DNA of 64,000 nucleotides from Candidatus Thorarchaeota archaeon (GTDB taxonomy: Archaea > Asgardarchaeota > Thorarchaeia > Thorarchaeales > Thorarchaeaceae): NCBI GenBank assembly GCA_029855935.1, contig JAGSHN010000005.1, forward strand, positions 44,049 to 108,048. Reading direction: 5' to 3'. Made by a program: the position numbers and the translations under genes. The notes beneath the pieces are model-generated. The model was given only the letters and a program-made list of their open reading frames with translations, was not told the DNA's origin and did not search any database. Positions 10,347 through 20,152 of the stretch are shown one piece after another; the first letter of the stretch is position 1; each line of letters begins with the position of its first letter.

Positions 10347-10620
10347 CGTAATGATGCTCCTAAGATCTCAACTCTAAATGGCATAACACACGTTTTTTAC
10401 GGTAAGTATTACACAGGAGGATGAACAATGCGCACGACAGACGCACCTGACAACGGAATGAGGCGTCTTGGAACTGCAAGACTCTGTCCCTGCTGTCGTT
10501 GATATAGATTAGGCGCAGAATCGTGACCGAGAGTGCCTGTGCGTGAACATCATCAGAGAACATGTGGCAATGTCCGTCGGCCGGGATGATTCTGCACCTA
10601 TCAAGGAGAGGTAGAGCCCC

Positions 10621-12939
10621 GTGGAGCGCAGACCTGATACAATAGAAATGCCGCTGATTCGACCGAATACAATCGAGTACAGGGAATATCAGGTCAACTT
10701 GGCCAGGATTGCAGCCGAAGAGGACACACTGATAGTGCTCAGCACAGGACTTGGAAAGACCGTCATAGCAGCCCTTGTGGCCGCAATCCGGCTTGACAGG
10801 TTCCATGACTCACAGGTCCTCTTTCTCGCACCCTCAAGACCTCTGGTGGACCAGCAGGCGAGATTCCTGAGAGCCGCACTCACGCTCCCTGAGAACAGCG
10901 TCATTTGCCTCACAGGACAGGATGGTCCTGCCGCGCGGCGAGATAAGTGGGACACAGCGAGAGTCATCGTGATGACGCCACAGGCGCTACAGAACGATCT
11001 CGTCCAAGGGAGCTACGACCTTGCAGATGTATGTCTGATAGTGTACGATGAGGCCCACCGCGGCGTTGGGAACTACGCGTATACGTTCATCGCGGGGATG
11101 TATGAGAAGCAGGGGATCCACCGACGGTCTCTCGGCCTCACAGCATCCCCGGGGAGCGATAGCGAACACATCCGTACCGTGTGTAGCAATCTCCGACTCA
11201 AGAGGGTGGAGGTCAGGGACCATAGCAGCCCGGATGTCCGGCCATACGTGGTAGGGGTGAATACGGACATCAAGTATGTACATCTCCCATCGGAGATTGA
11301 GGTGCTTCGGGACATGTTGTACGATCTGCTAAAGGTCTATCTCGCTCCGTTGAAGAACTACGGCTACACCATCTCCGACCCAAAGAGACTCGGCAAACGG
11401 GAGATACTGGACCTTCAGATGCAGATTCGAAGGGAGATAGGAACGTACACGAAACCGCCGCGCCATCTCTTCACTTTGGTCAGAAACCTTACGGCGGCTC
11501 TTCGCGTGAACAGTCTTCTTGAGTTCGTCGGAACTCAGGGCCTACTACCAACATTCCGATACATCCAGGGAATATACGAAGAGGTGAGGAATAGGAGAGG
11601 GTCCAAGGGGGTAAAGGATTTGATATCAAGGTCAGAGTTCCGGGAGTTCGAGAAACTCCTGCAGGCCCTGATAGCTAACGGGATGCGACACCCCAAGGCG
11701 GACCTCCTGCTGGAGATTGTAGAGGAGCAGCTCTCTATCAATCCTGACTCTAGAATACTTGTCTTCACACGATACCGCGACACAGCATCAGAAGTAGCAG
11801 AGATAATTGACAGTCTCGATGCAGCACGCGTGAGCAGGTTTGTCGGCCAAGGTTCTCGGTCGCTCGACAAGGGCTTTACTCAGAAGAAACAAGTGGAGGT
11901 GCTGGACGCATTCAGGCTGAACGAGTTCAATGTTCTCGTGGCCACGCAGGTGGGTGAGGAGGGGCTCGATATCCCAGAGTGTAATCTAGTGGTGTTCTAC
12001 GATTGCGTACCGTCAGTCGTCCCGTTCATTCAGAGAAAGGGACGCACTGGCAGACGTACTCCTGGCCGAGTCGTGATCTTCGTTGCGAAAGGCACCCATG
12101 ATGAGTACTACTACTGGAGCGTCAAGAACAAGCTCAGGCGTATGAGTTCCACTCTCAGAGAGGTGGGAGAGATTGTGGAGGAAGAGAAACAGACAAGAAT
12201 TGACGAGTTCGAGGAAGAGGCCGCGCCAGCCATTGAGAGGGAACCAACTGAGAGAGCCAGCCAGACGTTTCGGGCCAAGTTGATAGTAGACACGAGGGAG
12301 ATGCCCACAGCAGTGGCCAGAGAACTGGCTAGGCTGGACGTCCAGATTGTCGGAGAGCAACTCCAGATAGGAGACTATGTGGCCTCAGAGGAGGTGGCCA
12401 TCGAACGCAAGGATGTGGGCGACTTTGTGCAGTCCCTGATTGATGGCAGACTCTTCTCGCAACTGACATCACTGAGAGCAGCGTATCGGAGGCCAGTCCT
12501 AATAATCGAAGGGGAACAACTTCTGGGACAGAGAGCCGTGAACCCGGCGGCAATCTTCGGTGCCTTGGCCTCCATTGCCATCCGCCTCCAAGTCCCAATA
12601 CTGTGGACTAGGTCTCCAGAGGAAACCGCCCTTCTACTCTACCGAATAGCAGTCATTGAGCAGAGAGAGGAACGGAGGACCCTGAGGACACGCGCTGCCG
12701 ATTCTAAGGCGACAGATGCAGAGGTCCTTGAGTATATATTGTCAGGCTTTCCAGGCGTTGACACTGTGATATCTCGTGCCCTCCTAGAGCATTTTGGAAC
12801 TCTGGAGAACGTGTTCAATGCCGAAGAGAGAGAGTTGCGCAAGGTCAAGGGGGTCGGCCCCAAGACTGCCAGCTCAATCAAGAGGCTATTGAGAACGAAG
12901 TATCCTTTGTACGGAGAGAGTCGGTCGGCCGATCAGTAG
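10621..12939 (+). CDS. hef: Hef helicase-nuclease (FANCM-like SF2 helicase + XPF/ERCC4 nuclease + HhH)
   Basis: TGLGKT, DEAHR, TASPG, QRKGRTGR; VDTRE, GDY, IERK; HhH repeats. Confidence 0.95.
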   Translation: MERRPDTIEMPLIRPNTIEYREYQVNLARIAAEEDTLIVLSTGLGKTVIAALVAAIRLDRFHDSQVLFLAPSRPLVDQQARFLRAALTLPENSVICLTGQDGPAARRDKWDTARVIVMTPQALQNDLVQGSYDLADVCLIVYDEAHRGVGNYAYTFIAGMYEKQGIHRRSLGLTASPGSDSEHIRTVCSNLRLKRVEVRDHSSPDVRPYVVGVNTDIKYVHLPSEIEVLRDMLYDLLKVYLAPLKNYGYTISDPKRLGKREILDLQMQIRREIGTYTKPPRHLFTLVRNLTAALRVNSLLEFVGTQGLLPTFRYIQGIYEEVRNRRGSKGVKDLISRSEFREFEKLLQALIANGMRHPKADLLLEIVEEQLSINPDSRILVFTRYRDTASEVAEIIDSLDAARVSRFVGQGSRSLDKGFTQKKQVEVLDAFRLNEFNVLVATQVGEEGLDIPECNLVVFYDCVPSVVPFIQRKGRTGRRTPGRVVIFVAKGTHDEYYYWSVKNKLRRMSSTLREVGEIVEEEKQTRIDEFEEEAAPAIEREPTERASQTFRAKLIVDTREMPTAVARELARLDVQIVGEQLQIGDYVASEEVAIERKDVGDFVQSLIDGRLFSQLTSLRAAYRRPVLIIEGEQLLGQRAVNPAAIFGALASIAIRLQVPILWTRSPEETALLLYRIAVIEQREERRTLRTRAADSKATDAEVLEYILSGFPGVDTVISRALLEHFGTLENVFNAEERELRKVKGVGPKTASSIKRLLRTKYPLYGESRSADQ

Positions 12940-13601
12940 ACCTCGGGGTTTTTCCCTGCACCTCTACGATAGGCATCTCGCAGAGCGTCCGTCACTTCTC
13001 GACTGATCTGCCAGTAGTGCTCATAGTCGGTGTCGTGGAGACTTATGATACTCAGGAGGCGCCGAAGAGCGACATAGACCTCAGGGTCGATGACGGGGAC
13101 CATCCGGAGCATCTGTTCTGCATGTCCGCGACCCTTTCGCCAGAGCTCGTCCCACTCCACGTACTTCTTGGCCAGTTCTCTGATCTCCGGCTCACTAGGA
13201 ATCGCAAATCCCATCTGTTTCATGACTGAAACAATGTTGTAGGCGGTGGCAATGTCTGCAGCGCGCCTGGATGGAAGATTATCGAGGTTCTCAGTCGCGA
13301 TAAAGATATTCTCTGCTGTGGCACGCCAGACCTTTTTCATGATGTGGGTATCGCCATTCCCCGCTGGCTCGTAGCCGTCCTGCCGAATCAGGCCGCTCCG
13401 GGCCAGTTCCTTGAGGTGATACCTCACGGTCTGAGGCTTGATTTCCTTGTTGGGATCCTGCTGTGATAGGAATTCCACTATCTCGCTCGTTGACATCCTG
13501 CGTGCCTTGAGGGCATGAAAAATCCTGCGTCGGGTTTCGTCGGATAGGGCCTTGAATGCCTGAATTGCCTCATCGCCTGTCAGTATCTTTAGAGAATCCA
13601 T
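12933..13601 (-). CDS. ArsR-family winged-helix regulator
   Basis: FKALSDETRRRIFHAL...VRYHLKELARSGLI; start chosen at ATG 13601 behind GGTGA (ORF extends to 13733). Confidence 0.8.
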   Translation of the reverse strand: MDSLKILTGDEAIQAFKALSDETRRRIFHALKARRMSTSEIVEFLSQQDPNKEIKPQTVRYHLKELARSGLIRQDGYEPAGNGDTHIMKKVWRATAENIFIATENLDNLPSRRAADIATAYNIVSVMKQMGFAIPSEPEIRELAKKYVEWDELWRKGRGHAEQMLRMVPVIDPEVYVALRRLLSIISLHDTDYEHYWQISREVTDALRDAYRRGAGKNPEVY

Positions 13602-13742
13602 CCCACAATCACCCGTCATACAAGAAGAGTTGCCACTCGATATTCCGCCAATGATCTCCCGTATCATGCGTCCCGAAGTAATCGTGACTAGGTCGGCGTC
13701 CGAGCGAGAGGAGGAGTCATCAGCAGAAGCCATTCGTCTGCC

Positions 13743-13994
13743 TCACGCCGGTATGTAGATGTACTGGCGCATGTCCTGTAGACAGGGTACTCTCTTGATC
13801 AGCTTCTTCTTGAGTAGCTTTCTCAGTGCATACCTGACAGTCCTAGGCGCGAAAGACACCTTGTCCAGTAGCTGCTTTGGTGTCACCCCGTCCTTTCCAC
13901 TGCTGCGCAGGATATCAAGGACTATCATCTGGCTCTTCGTGAGCTTCATGTCCTTGAGCTCTTCCCGAAGTTCTGCATCGGTCATCATTTCCAA
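13743..13994 (-). CDS. Small MarR-like winged-helix protein
   Basis: TPKQLL...PRTVRYALRKL...LIKRVPCLQDMRQYIY. Confidence 0.8.
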   Translation of the reverse strand: MEMMTDAELREELKDMKLTKSQMIVLDILRSSGKDGVTPKQLLDKVSFAPRTVRYALRKLLKKKLIKRVPCLQDMRQYIYIPA

Positions 13995-14183
13995 TCGGTA
14001 TCTCCTTCAAATTGTGTTATCGTGTTCCCGGGTGGCAGTCTCTTCACTGCCCCACGATACACTAGATTGTACACACAGTGACCCTTATTAATTTATCGCC
14101 GTCTGGCTATGCGTACCGCGGTCTATCACCGCGCCATAAACGTGCAAATGATTTATCCGAGAGCAGGGTGATGGACGGGCCGA

Positions 14184-15470
14184 GTGAAGATGAAGGCAGC
14201 AATCCTTGCAGCAGGCGAGTCCACTAGAATGCGACCGTTGTCAGCATATGTGCCTAAGCACCTCCTCCCAGTAGCGGGGGAGCCGATGATATTTCACACC
14301 CTCAGAGGCCTGAGGGCCGCAGGGATAAGGGATGTACTGATAGTCACCGGATATATGGAGGAAGAGCTCAGAAGGACCATTGATGATCGTGACTGGGGAC
14401 CAATGAGTATCGCCTATGTGACTCAGACCGAGCGGCGGGGGACGGCTGATGCCGCATCATTTGCAAGAGAGTTCGCTGGCGATGAGAATCTTCTGCTCAT
14501 GTATGGAGATGTCATGGTGGGACCCGGGACCTTTGAGGGGCTTGTGAGGGCCCACAGAGAGAGCGGACTGGCACTTACGCTATCAGTCATCGAGATGGAG
14601 GACCCGACCGCGTACGGGGTCGTTGTTGTTGGTGATGACGGATGTGTGAAACGACTTGTCGAGAAGCCGAGTAGAGATAATCTGCCGAGTAACCTCGTGA
14701 ATGCTGGTGTATACGTGGTAGGCCCAGAACTGTGGGAGGCTATTGAAAAGACGGAGGAGTCGGAGCGAGGAGAACGAGAGATCACGGACTCCATTAGCCT
14801 GCTCATTGAGAGAGGGGTCGTGGGAGCCTATTGGTTGCCCTCGTGGTGGATAGATGTCGGTCGACCGTGGGACCTTCTTGAGGCCAACGAATTGATTCTC
14901 AGAGATGCTATGAGAAGGGTCGATGGTGACATCGAGGAGGGCGTAGTTCTCAAGGGACCTGTGATTGTGGAGAGGGGTGCAACCGTCAGGTCGGGCGCCT
15001 ACATAATCGGTCCCGCGTATATTGGGCCAGAGTGTGTTGTTGGGCCCAACTGTTTCATCAGACCGTACACCTGTTTGGTACGGAAGGTCAAGATAGGCAA
15101 CGCTGTTGAGATAAAGAACAGTATCATCATGGAGGGCACCAATATCGGACATCTGTCTTATGTGGGCGACTCTGTCATAGGCAGGAGGGTCAACTTCGGT
15201 GCTGGGACTATCACTGCAAACCTGCGACACGACAATCGGCCCGTCAAGGTGACAGTCAAGGACCAGAGAGTGAGTTCCGGACGGAGGAAGCTGGGAGCCA
15301 TCATCGGCGACAACGTGAAGACGGGCATAGGGACCTCCATAGGACCAGGTGTAGTGATTCATCAGGACTCTAGGACGGGGATTGGCGTGATAGTTGACAG
15401 GGACATACCGCCCGGGCGACTCGTTGTGGCGGACCAGCCCCGACGCGTGCTCGACGTTACAAGGATGTAG
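14184..15470 (+). CDS. Bifunctional sugar-1-phosphate nucleotidylyltransferase/acetyltransferase (GlmU-like)
   Basis: ILAAGESTRMRPL, EKP, GEREITD, hexapeptide repeats, HLSYVGDS. Confidence 0.9.
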   Translation: MKMKAAILAAGESTRMRPLSAYVPKHLLPVAGEPMIFHTLRGLRAAGIRDVLIVTGYMEEELRRTIDDRDWGPMSIAYVTQTERRGTADAASFAREFAGDENLLLMYGDVMVGPGTFEGLVRAHRESGLALTLSVIEMEDPTAYGVVVVGDDGCVKRLVEKPSRDNLPSNLVNAGVYVVGPELWEAIEKTEESERGEREITDSISLLIERGVVGAYWLPSWWIDVGRPWDLLEANELILRDAMRRVDGDIEEGVVLKGPVIVERGATVRSGAYIIGPAYIGPECVVGPNCFIRPYTCLVRKVKIGNAVEIKNSIIMEGTNIGHLSYVGDSVIGRRVNFGAGTITANLRHDNRPVKVTVKDQRVSSGRRKLGAIIGDNVKTGIGTSIGPGVVIHQDSRTGIGVIVDRDIPPGRLVVADQPRRVLDVTRM

Positions 15471-15496
15471 TAGAGAATCGTAGCTGGTGCGATCAC

Positions 15497-17020
15497 TTGT
15501 CACAGTTTCCCCGCGAGATTAACACTGTCACCAAGGATGTGAGACAAGTCAACATCCTGTTCGCGCTCTGCTATCCCTCCACATACCGCGCGGGGATGAG
15601 CGGACTCGCAATGCATCTCTTTTATTCAGCGCTCAATGCACGCCAGGACACCTCATGTGAGCGATACTTTAGATTCGACACCCCCTCTCCTGTTCGGTCT
15701 CTTGAGAGCGGCCGTGGGCTGAGGGACAATCATATCGTTGGATTCTCCCTGACCTATGAAATCGATATTCTTCATCTCGTGCAGATGCTTGAGATGGCGG
15801 GCATCCCAGCCTTTGCATCGGACAGGGAGTGTGATGACCCCATAGTCATCATCGGAGGACCAGCCGTAAGTGCCAACCCCCTCCCCTTCTCAAGATTTGC
15901 TGACGCGTTCGTCATCGGCGAGGGCGATTTGGTAATTCACGACATAGTCGACACTGTGGGGGAAGACAAGAGTCGGAATGATATCATAGATGCAATTGCG
16001 GACATAGAGGGGGTGTATGTCCCCCACAGATCGGAGGGGCCGGTCCGTAGGCTCAAGATTGACAATATTGACCACATCTTCCATCCGACCCGTCAGATAG
16101 TCGCGGATGTTCCTGATGGGAGTCGCCATCAACCCATCTTCGGAAGAGCCCTGCTGGTCGAGGTCACACGAGGCTGTGGTCATGCCTGCAAGTTCTGTCT
16201 GATTGGCCATATCCCGGGGCCACGCAGGGCAAGGTCCCTTGAGCGTCTGCAGTCCATCATCCAGAGAGGTATTGCCGAAACGCCAGTGAAGAAGCTTGCC
16301 CTTATCGGGTCGTCGCTAGGTGATATGCCCCGTCTACAGGAACTGATAGACTGGATTGTGGGAGCGGGACTACAGCTGTCGGTGCCATCACTCAGGGCCG
16401 ACACGGTCACTCAAGAACTGGTGTCGTCCATTGCGAAGGGTGGACAGAGGACGCTCACGATTGCCCCCGAAACTGGTACCGAGGAGTTGCGCAGACGCGT
16501 AGGCAAGGGGATTAGGGACGACCAGATAGAGAGAGCAATTGACATGGCAGAGTCCGCAGGAATGCACGCCGTGAAGTTGTATTTCATAGTAGGTCTGCCA
16601 AGCGAGCAAGAGTCCGACGTTGCCGCCATAGCTGAGATGGTGAGGTCACTTGCAGAGCGGCACCGGATACGCATAACGGTTGGTGTGAACCCCTTTGTAC
16701 CGAAGGCCCATACGAGGTTCGAGAGAGAGGCCCAACCCTCGCTTGAGGTCATCCGTGCCAAGATTCGACTCGTAGAGGAACGTCTCCGCAGTGTGCCGAG
16801 GGTCATATTTGAGGGACTCGATCCTAGGGAGGCCCGAGTTCAGGCTGCACTATCAATGGGGGACGAGTCCCTCTCCGAGGTGATACTGTTGGCATCAAGA
16901 TACGGCGGACTTGGAGGATGGAGAAGGGCAGAACGTGAGAGCGGCATCGCATTCTTCTCCGTGGCAAGCGACACATCAAGGCGAGAGGGGGATCTCCCCT
17001 GGTCATTTATAGTGGACTAG
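15497..17020 (+). CDS. Radical SAM protein with B12-binding-like N-terminus
   Basis: EVTRGCGHACKFC, IIGGPAVSANP, TIAPETG, FVPKAHT. Confidence 0.88.
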   Translation: MSQFPREINTVTKDVRQVNILFALCYPSTYRAGMSGLAMHLFYSALNARQDTSCERYFRFDTPSPVRSLESGRGLRDNHIVGFSLTYEIDILHLVQMLEMAGIPAFASDRECDDPIVIIGGPAVSANPLPFSRFADAFVIGEGDLVIHDIVDTVGEDKSRNDIIDAIADIEGVYVPHRSEGPVRRLKIDNIDHIFHPTRQIVADVPDGSRHQPIFGRALLVEVTRGCGHACKFCLIGHIPGPRRARSLERLQSIIQRGIAETPVKKLALIGSSLGDMPRLQELIDWIVGAGLQLSVPSLRADTVTQELVSSIAKGGQRTLTIAPETGTEELRRRVGKGIRDDQIERAIDMAESAGMHAVKLYFIVGLPSEQESDVAAIAEMVRSLAERHRIRITVGVNPFVPKAHTRFEREAQPSLEVIRAKIRLVEERLRSVPRVIFEGLDPREARVQAALSMGDESLSEVILLASRYGGLGGWRRAERESGIAFFSVASDTSRREGDLPWSFIVD

Positions 17021-17113
17021 GTGAGAATAGCCGACAGGAATTATGTTATAAGCGTGCCAGGACTAGCTCATTATGGATGGCCGAAATGCCCCCTGTCACT
17101 GCGGTGAGCACTG

Positions 17114-17458
17114 ATGGAACGAGACGAGTTCGAGAAGGCGTTTCCAGCGCTCAGTGAGGAGATCAGGACAGGCAAGACAAAGACGTATAGGATTACTGGA
17201 GTCCGTCTGGAGATGAAGGAAGAGAGTGAGAGCGACTCGAACCAAGACCAAGGGACCTTCCTGCCCGATGTCGTTGACTACATCCGCCGATGCGACACAG
17301 TGCCACAGGCACTTGAGATAGTCGACTATCTCCTGAAACAGGGTGAGATAAGCAGGTCGGAGGCGTCATCAATCAAACGTCAATTGAAGACGCAGGGTCT
17401 CAGAAGTTTTGGTTCAAAGAAGGAGAAGGACTACTATCTCCACCACGGAATTGGCTGA
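17114..17458 (+). CDS. DUF2095 family protein
   Basis: PDVVDYIRRCDT...GLRSFGSKKEKDYY. Confidence 0.75.
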   Translation: MERDEFEKAFPALSEEIRTGKTKTYRITGVRLEMKEESESDSNQDQGTFLPDVVDYIRRCDTVPQALEIVDYLLKQGEISRSEASSIKRQLKTQGLRSFGSKKEKDYYLHHGIG

Positions 17459-17517
17459 GCGGTTCCAGACACCTTCTCACAATTGAGGTCGAATATGAAG
17501 AAAAAAGAGGCGGGAGA

Positions 17518-18918
17518 TCAGGGCGGCACATAGACACCCTTCTCTCTGGCCCACGCTATTGTGGAGGGGTCACATCTCTTCAGTTCGCGTTCAGGAAACT
17601 CGCTGAGCAGTTTCCAGCCCAGGTCGAGCGTTTCCTCAAAGGATCGGTCCTCGTACTCATCTTGACTTATGAATTCCGCCTCGAACCGGTCAGCAAACTT
17701 GAGGTATTTCTGGTCTCGTTCTGTGAGAGCCTCAGATCCAACAACGGCTACCAAGTCTCGCAAGTCGCGCCCTTCAGAGTACGCGTAGTAGAGCTGGGCT
17801 TGAACCTCTCTGTGATCGAAGCGAGTCATCCCCTTACCAATGCCCTCCTTCATCAACCGGCTGAGAGAGGGGCCAGGATCAATGGGCGGATAGACGCCAC
17901 GTCTGTGGAGTGCCCTGCTCACCAGAAGCTGTCCTTCTGTGATGTATCCTGACAGATCAGGAATTGGATGTGTCATATCGTCCTGTGGCATAGACAGAAT
18001 TGGCATCTGGGTGATTGTGCCCTTGCGACCGTGGATACGTCCAGCACGCTCGTAGATTGTACTCAAGTCAGTGTAGAGATAACCGGGATAGCCGCGTCGC
18101 CCTGGCACCTCTGACCTAGCGGCGCTAATCTCGCGAAGAGCCTCGGCATAGTTTGTCATATCAGTCAAGATGACGAGAACGTGCATGTCTGACTCGTAGG
18201 CCAAATACTCAGCTGCAGTGAGTGCTGCGCGAGGCGTGATGATACGCTCGATTGCAGGGTCGTTTGCGAGGTTAAGGAACAGTGCTGTGTGCTCAAGAGC
18301 GCCAGTTTCCTGAAATGAGGATATGAAGTACTGGGCCTCGGTGGCAGTGATTCCCATCGCCGCAAAGACTATTGCGAACTCGCTCTCCTCGCCGGGAATC
18401 TTGGCCTGTCTCACAATCTGGGCTGCGATGCGGTTATGGGGCAGTCCAGAGCCAGAGAATATGGGCAGCTTCTGTCCCCGGACCAGCGTGTTGAGGCCGT
18501 CAATGACAGAGAGGCCAGTCTGAATAGGCTGACGGGGATACTGTCGGGCGTAGGGGTTGATTGGGGACCCGTAGATGTCCCAGTGATCCTCTGCTGTGAG
18601 CGGTGGCCCTCTGTCAAGGGGGTTGCCCGAGCCATCGAGGACACGACCTAGTATCTCAGATGATACGGGGAGCTTCAGAGTTTCGCCGATGAAGCGGACT
18701 GCGGTGAGCTCGGTGTCAAGTCCGCGAGTCCCCTCAAAGACCTGGATGACCGCCCGCCCTCTTCCTGTTTCGAGCACAGTCCCGGTGAGGGTCTCTCCCG
18801 ACGGCGCACGTATCTTTACGACCTCGTTGTATGCCACATCGTGAATGTTCTCCACAACAAGAAGAGGCCCGCTGACATCGGACACCGTGCGATAAGTGAT
18901 TGTGGTTTCCTTCCTCAT
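17518..18918 (-). CDS. atpB: A/V-type ATP synthase subunit B
   Basis: [42 protein letters not shown]. Confidence 0.97.
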   Translation of the reverse strand: MRKETTITYRTVSDVSGPLLVVENIHDVAYNEVVKIRAPSGETLTGTVLETGRGRAVIQVFEGTRGLDTELTAVRFIGETLKLPVSSEILGRVLDGSGNPLDRGPPLTAEDHWDIYGSPINPYARQYPRQPIQTGLSVIDGLNTLVRGQKLPIFSGSGLPHNRIAAQIVRQAKIPGEESEFAIVFAAMGITATEAQYFISSFQETGALEHTALFLNLANDPAIERIITPRAALTAAEYLAYESDMHVLVILTDMTNYAEALREISAARSEVPGRRGYPGYLYTDLSTIYERAGRIHGRKGTITQMPILSMPQDDMTHPIPDLSGYITEGQLLVSRALHRRGVYPPIDPGPSLSRLMKEGIGKGMTRFDHREVQAQLYYAYSEGRDLRDLVAVVGSEALTERDQKYLKFADRFEAEFISQDEYEDRSFEETLDLGWKLLSEFPERELKRCDPSTIAWAREKGVYVPP

Positions 18919-18993
18919 ACTAGGCAGCCGTCCCGTGAGTGCAAGCGGTAGTGACCTGTTTTAAGAATTGCTCTGTGAAGGAAACCATTTGGG

Positions 18994-19512
18994 TCACCAC
19001 AGCCATATGACTGCAGAGAGGGACACGAATATTGTCAGCACGATTAGCGAACGCACAATCAGTCTTTTTCCAGTTCGTTCCATCTCAGGGGACAGATGGG
19101 TAAAGTATGTAATTGCTCCCACAAGCACGCATATTGCACAGATTGCAGAGCCGAATGCATAGACCAGGGGAAGAGTTTCGACATCGGACAGCTTTAGCAG
19201 CTGCGCGGGAATGAAGTCCACGTTTGCGAGCAGCAGTGCAATGTTCTCAACATCCACGATGGTGCCAAGTATGTTCCCCAGTACATAGAAGACAATTCCG
19301 ATGATGATTGACCCCTTCGCGGCAGAATCGCTCAGTGTCGAGGCATAGACGACCAGCCCTATGACTAGAAAGACATAGTAGAAGCGAACGCAGAGTACGT
19401 AGGCCACAACGAGAATGTTGTAGACAGTGTCTACACCGTTGAACGAGGGAAGAGGCGTGTTCTGCAGCAATGCTCTGAAGATTGGCAGGGCTGGAGAAAC
19501 CATTGATCTCAC
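18994..19512 (-). CDS. Hypothetical membrane protein (two hydrophobic hairpins)
   Basis: About four TM segments; fills the gap between udg and atpB. Confidence 0.6.
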   Translation of the reverse strand: MRSMVSPALPIFRALLQNTPLPSFNGVDTVYNILVVAYVLCVRFYYVFLVIGLVVYASTLSDSAAKGSIIIGIVFYVLGNILGTIVDVENIALLLANVDFIPAQLLKLSDVETLPLVYAFGSAICAICVLVGAITYFTHLSPEMERTGKRLIVRSLIVLTIFVSLSAVIWLW

Positions 19513-19517
19513 AATGA

Positions 19518-20105
19518 CTAGTGCGAAGTGGCGGATATAACCCCCACTCGAATCAGCTCCCGTTGTAACACACGAAGGTCGTGGCGTAACAGGTCAAGTA
19601 TCGTGCGACTTCGGAGCGCGGCTGCAGGATGATACGTCATGAACATCTTCAGAGAGTCAGCCTCGTAGAATCGTCCGTGCGCCTCAGAAACCCTCCACGG
19701 ACCAACAACCGAGGAGATAGCCACCCCGCCGAGAAGGACGACGACCTCTGGCCGAATGATGTCGATCTGATGTAGGAGATATGGCAGGCATCGTTCGATC
19801 TCGCTAGCCGCTGGAGCCCGATTGCGCGGAGGACGGCATTTCAATACCGACGTTATGAAGACATCACTGCGGTCAATGCCTATCTCACCCAGTAGCTCTG
19901 TCAGGAGCCTACCAGAACGCCCTACGAAGGGTCGGCCAGTTTCATCTTCCCTTGCGCCCGGGGCCTCTCCCACCATCATGATCCTCGCCTCGGCCGGTCC
20001 CTCGCCAGGTACCGCGTGCTTCCGTGACGCACTCAGAGGGCATAGGCTGCACTCACGCATGTGTTGATGAAGTTGCTCAAGGGCATCAGTACGACGGGTC
20101 ATCAT
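19518..20105 (-). CDS. udg: Family 4 uracil-DNA glycosylase (Fe-S)
   Basis: CSLCPL, VGEAPG, PFVG, KCRPP, HPAA. Confidence 0.95.
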   Translation of the reverse strand: MMTRRTDALEQLHQHMRECSLCPLSASRKHAVPGEGPAEARIMMVGEAPGAREDETGRPFVGRSGRLLTELLGEIGIDRSDVFITSVLKCRPPRNRAPAASEIERCLPYLLHQIDIIRPEVVVLLGGVAISSVVGPWRVSEAHGRFYEADSLKMFMTYHPAAALRSRTILDLLRHDLRVLQRELIRVGVISATSH

Positions 20106-20152
20106 CAGACATTATTGAACGGCCAGTAATAAGGACAGAGTGATTGTGTCCA

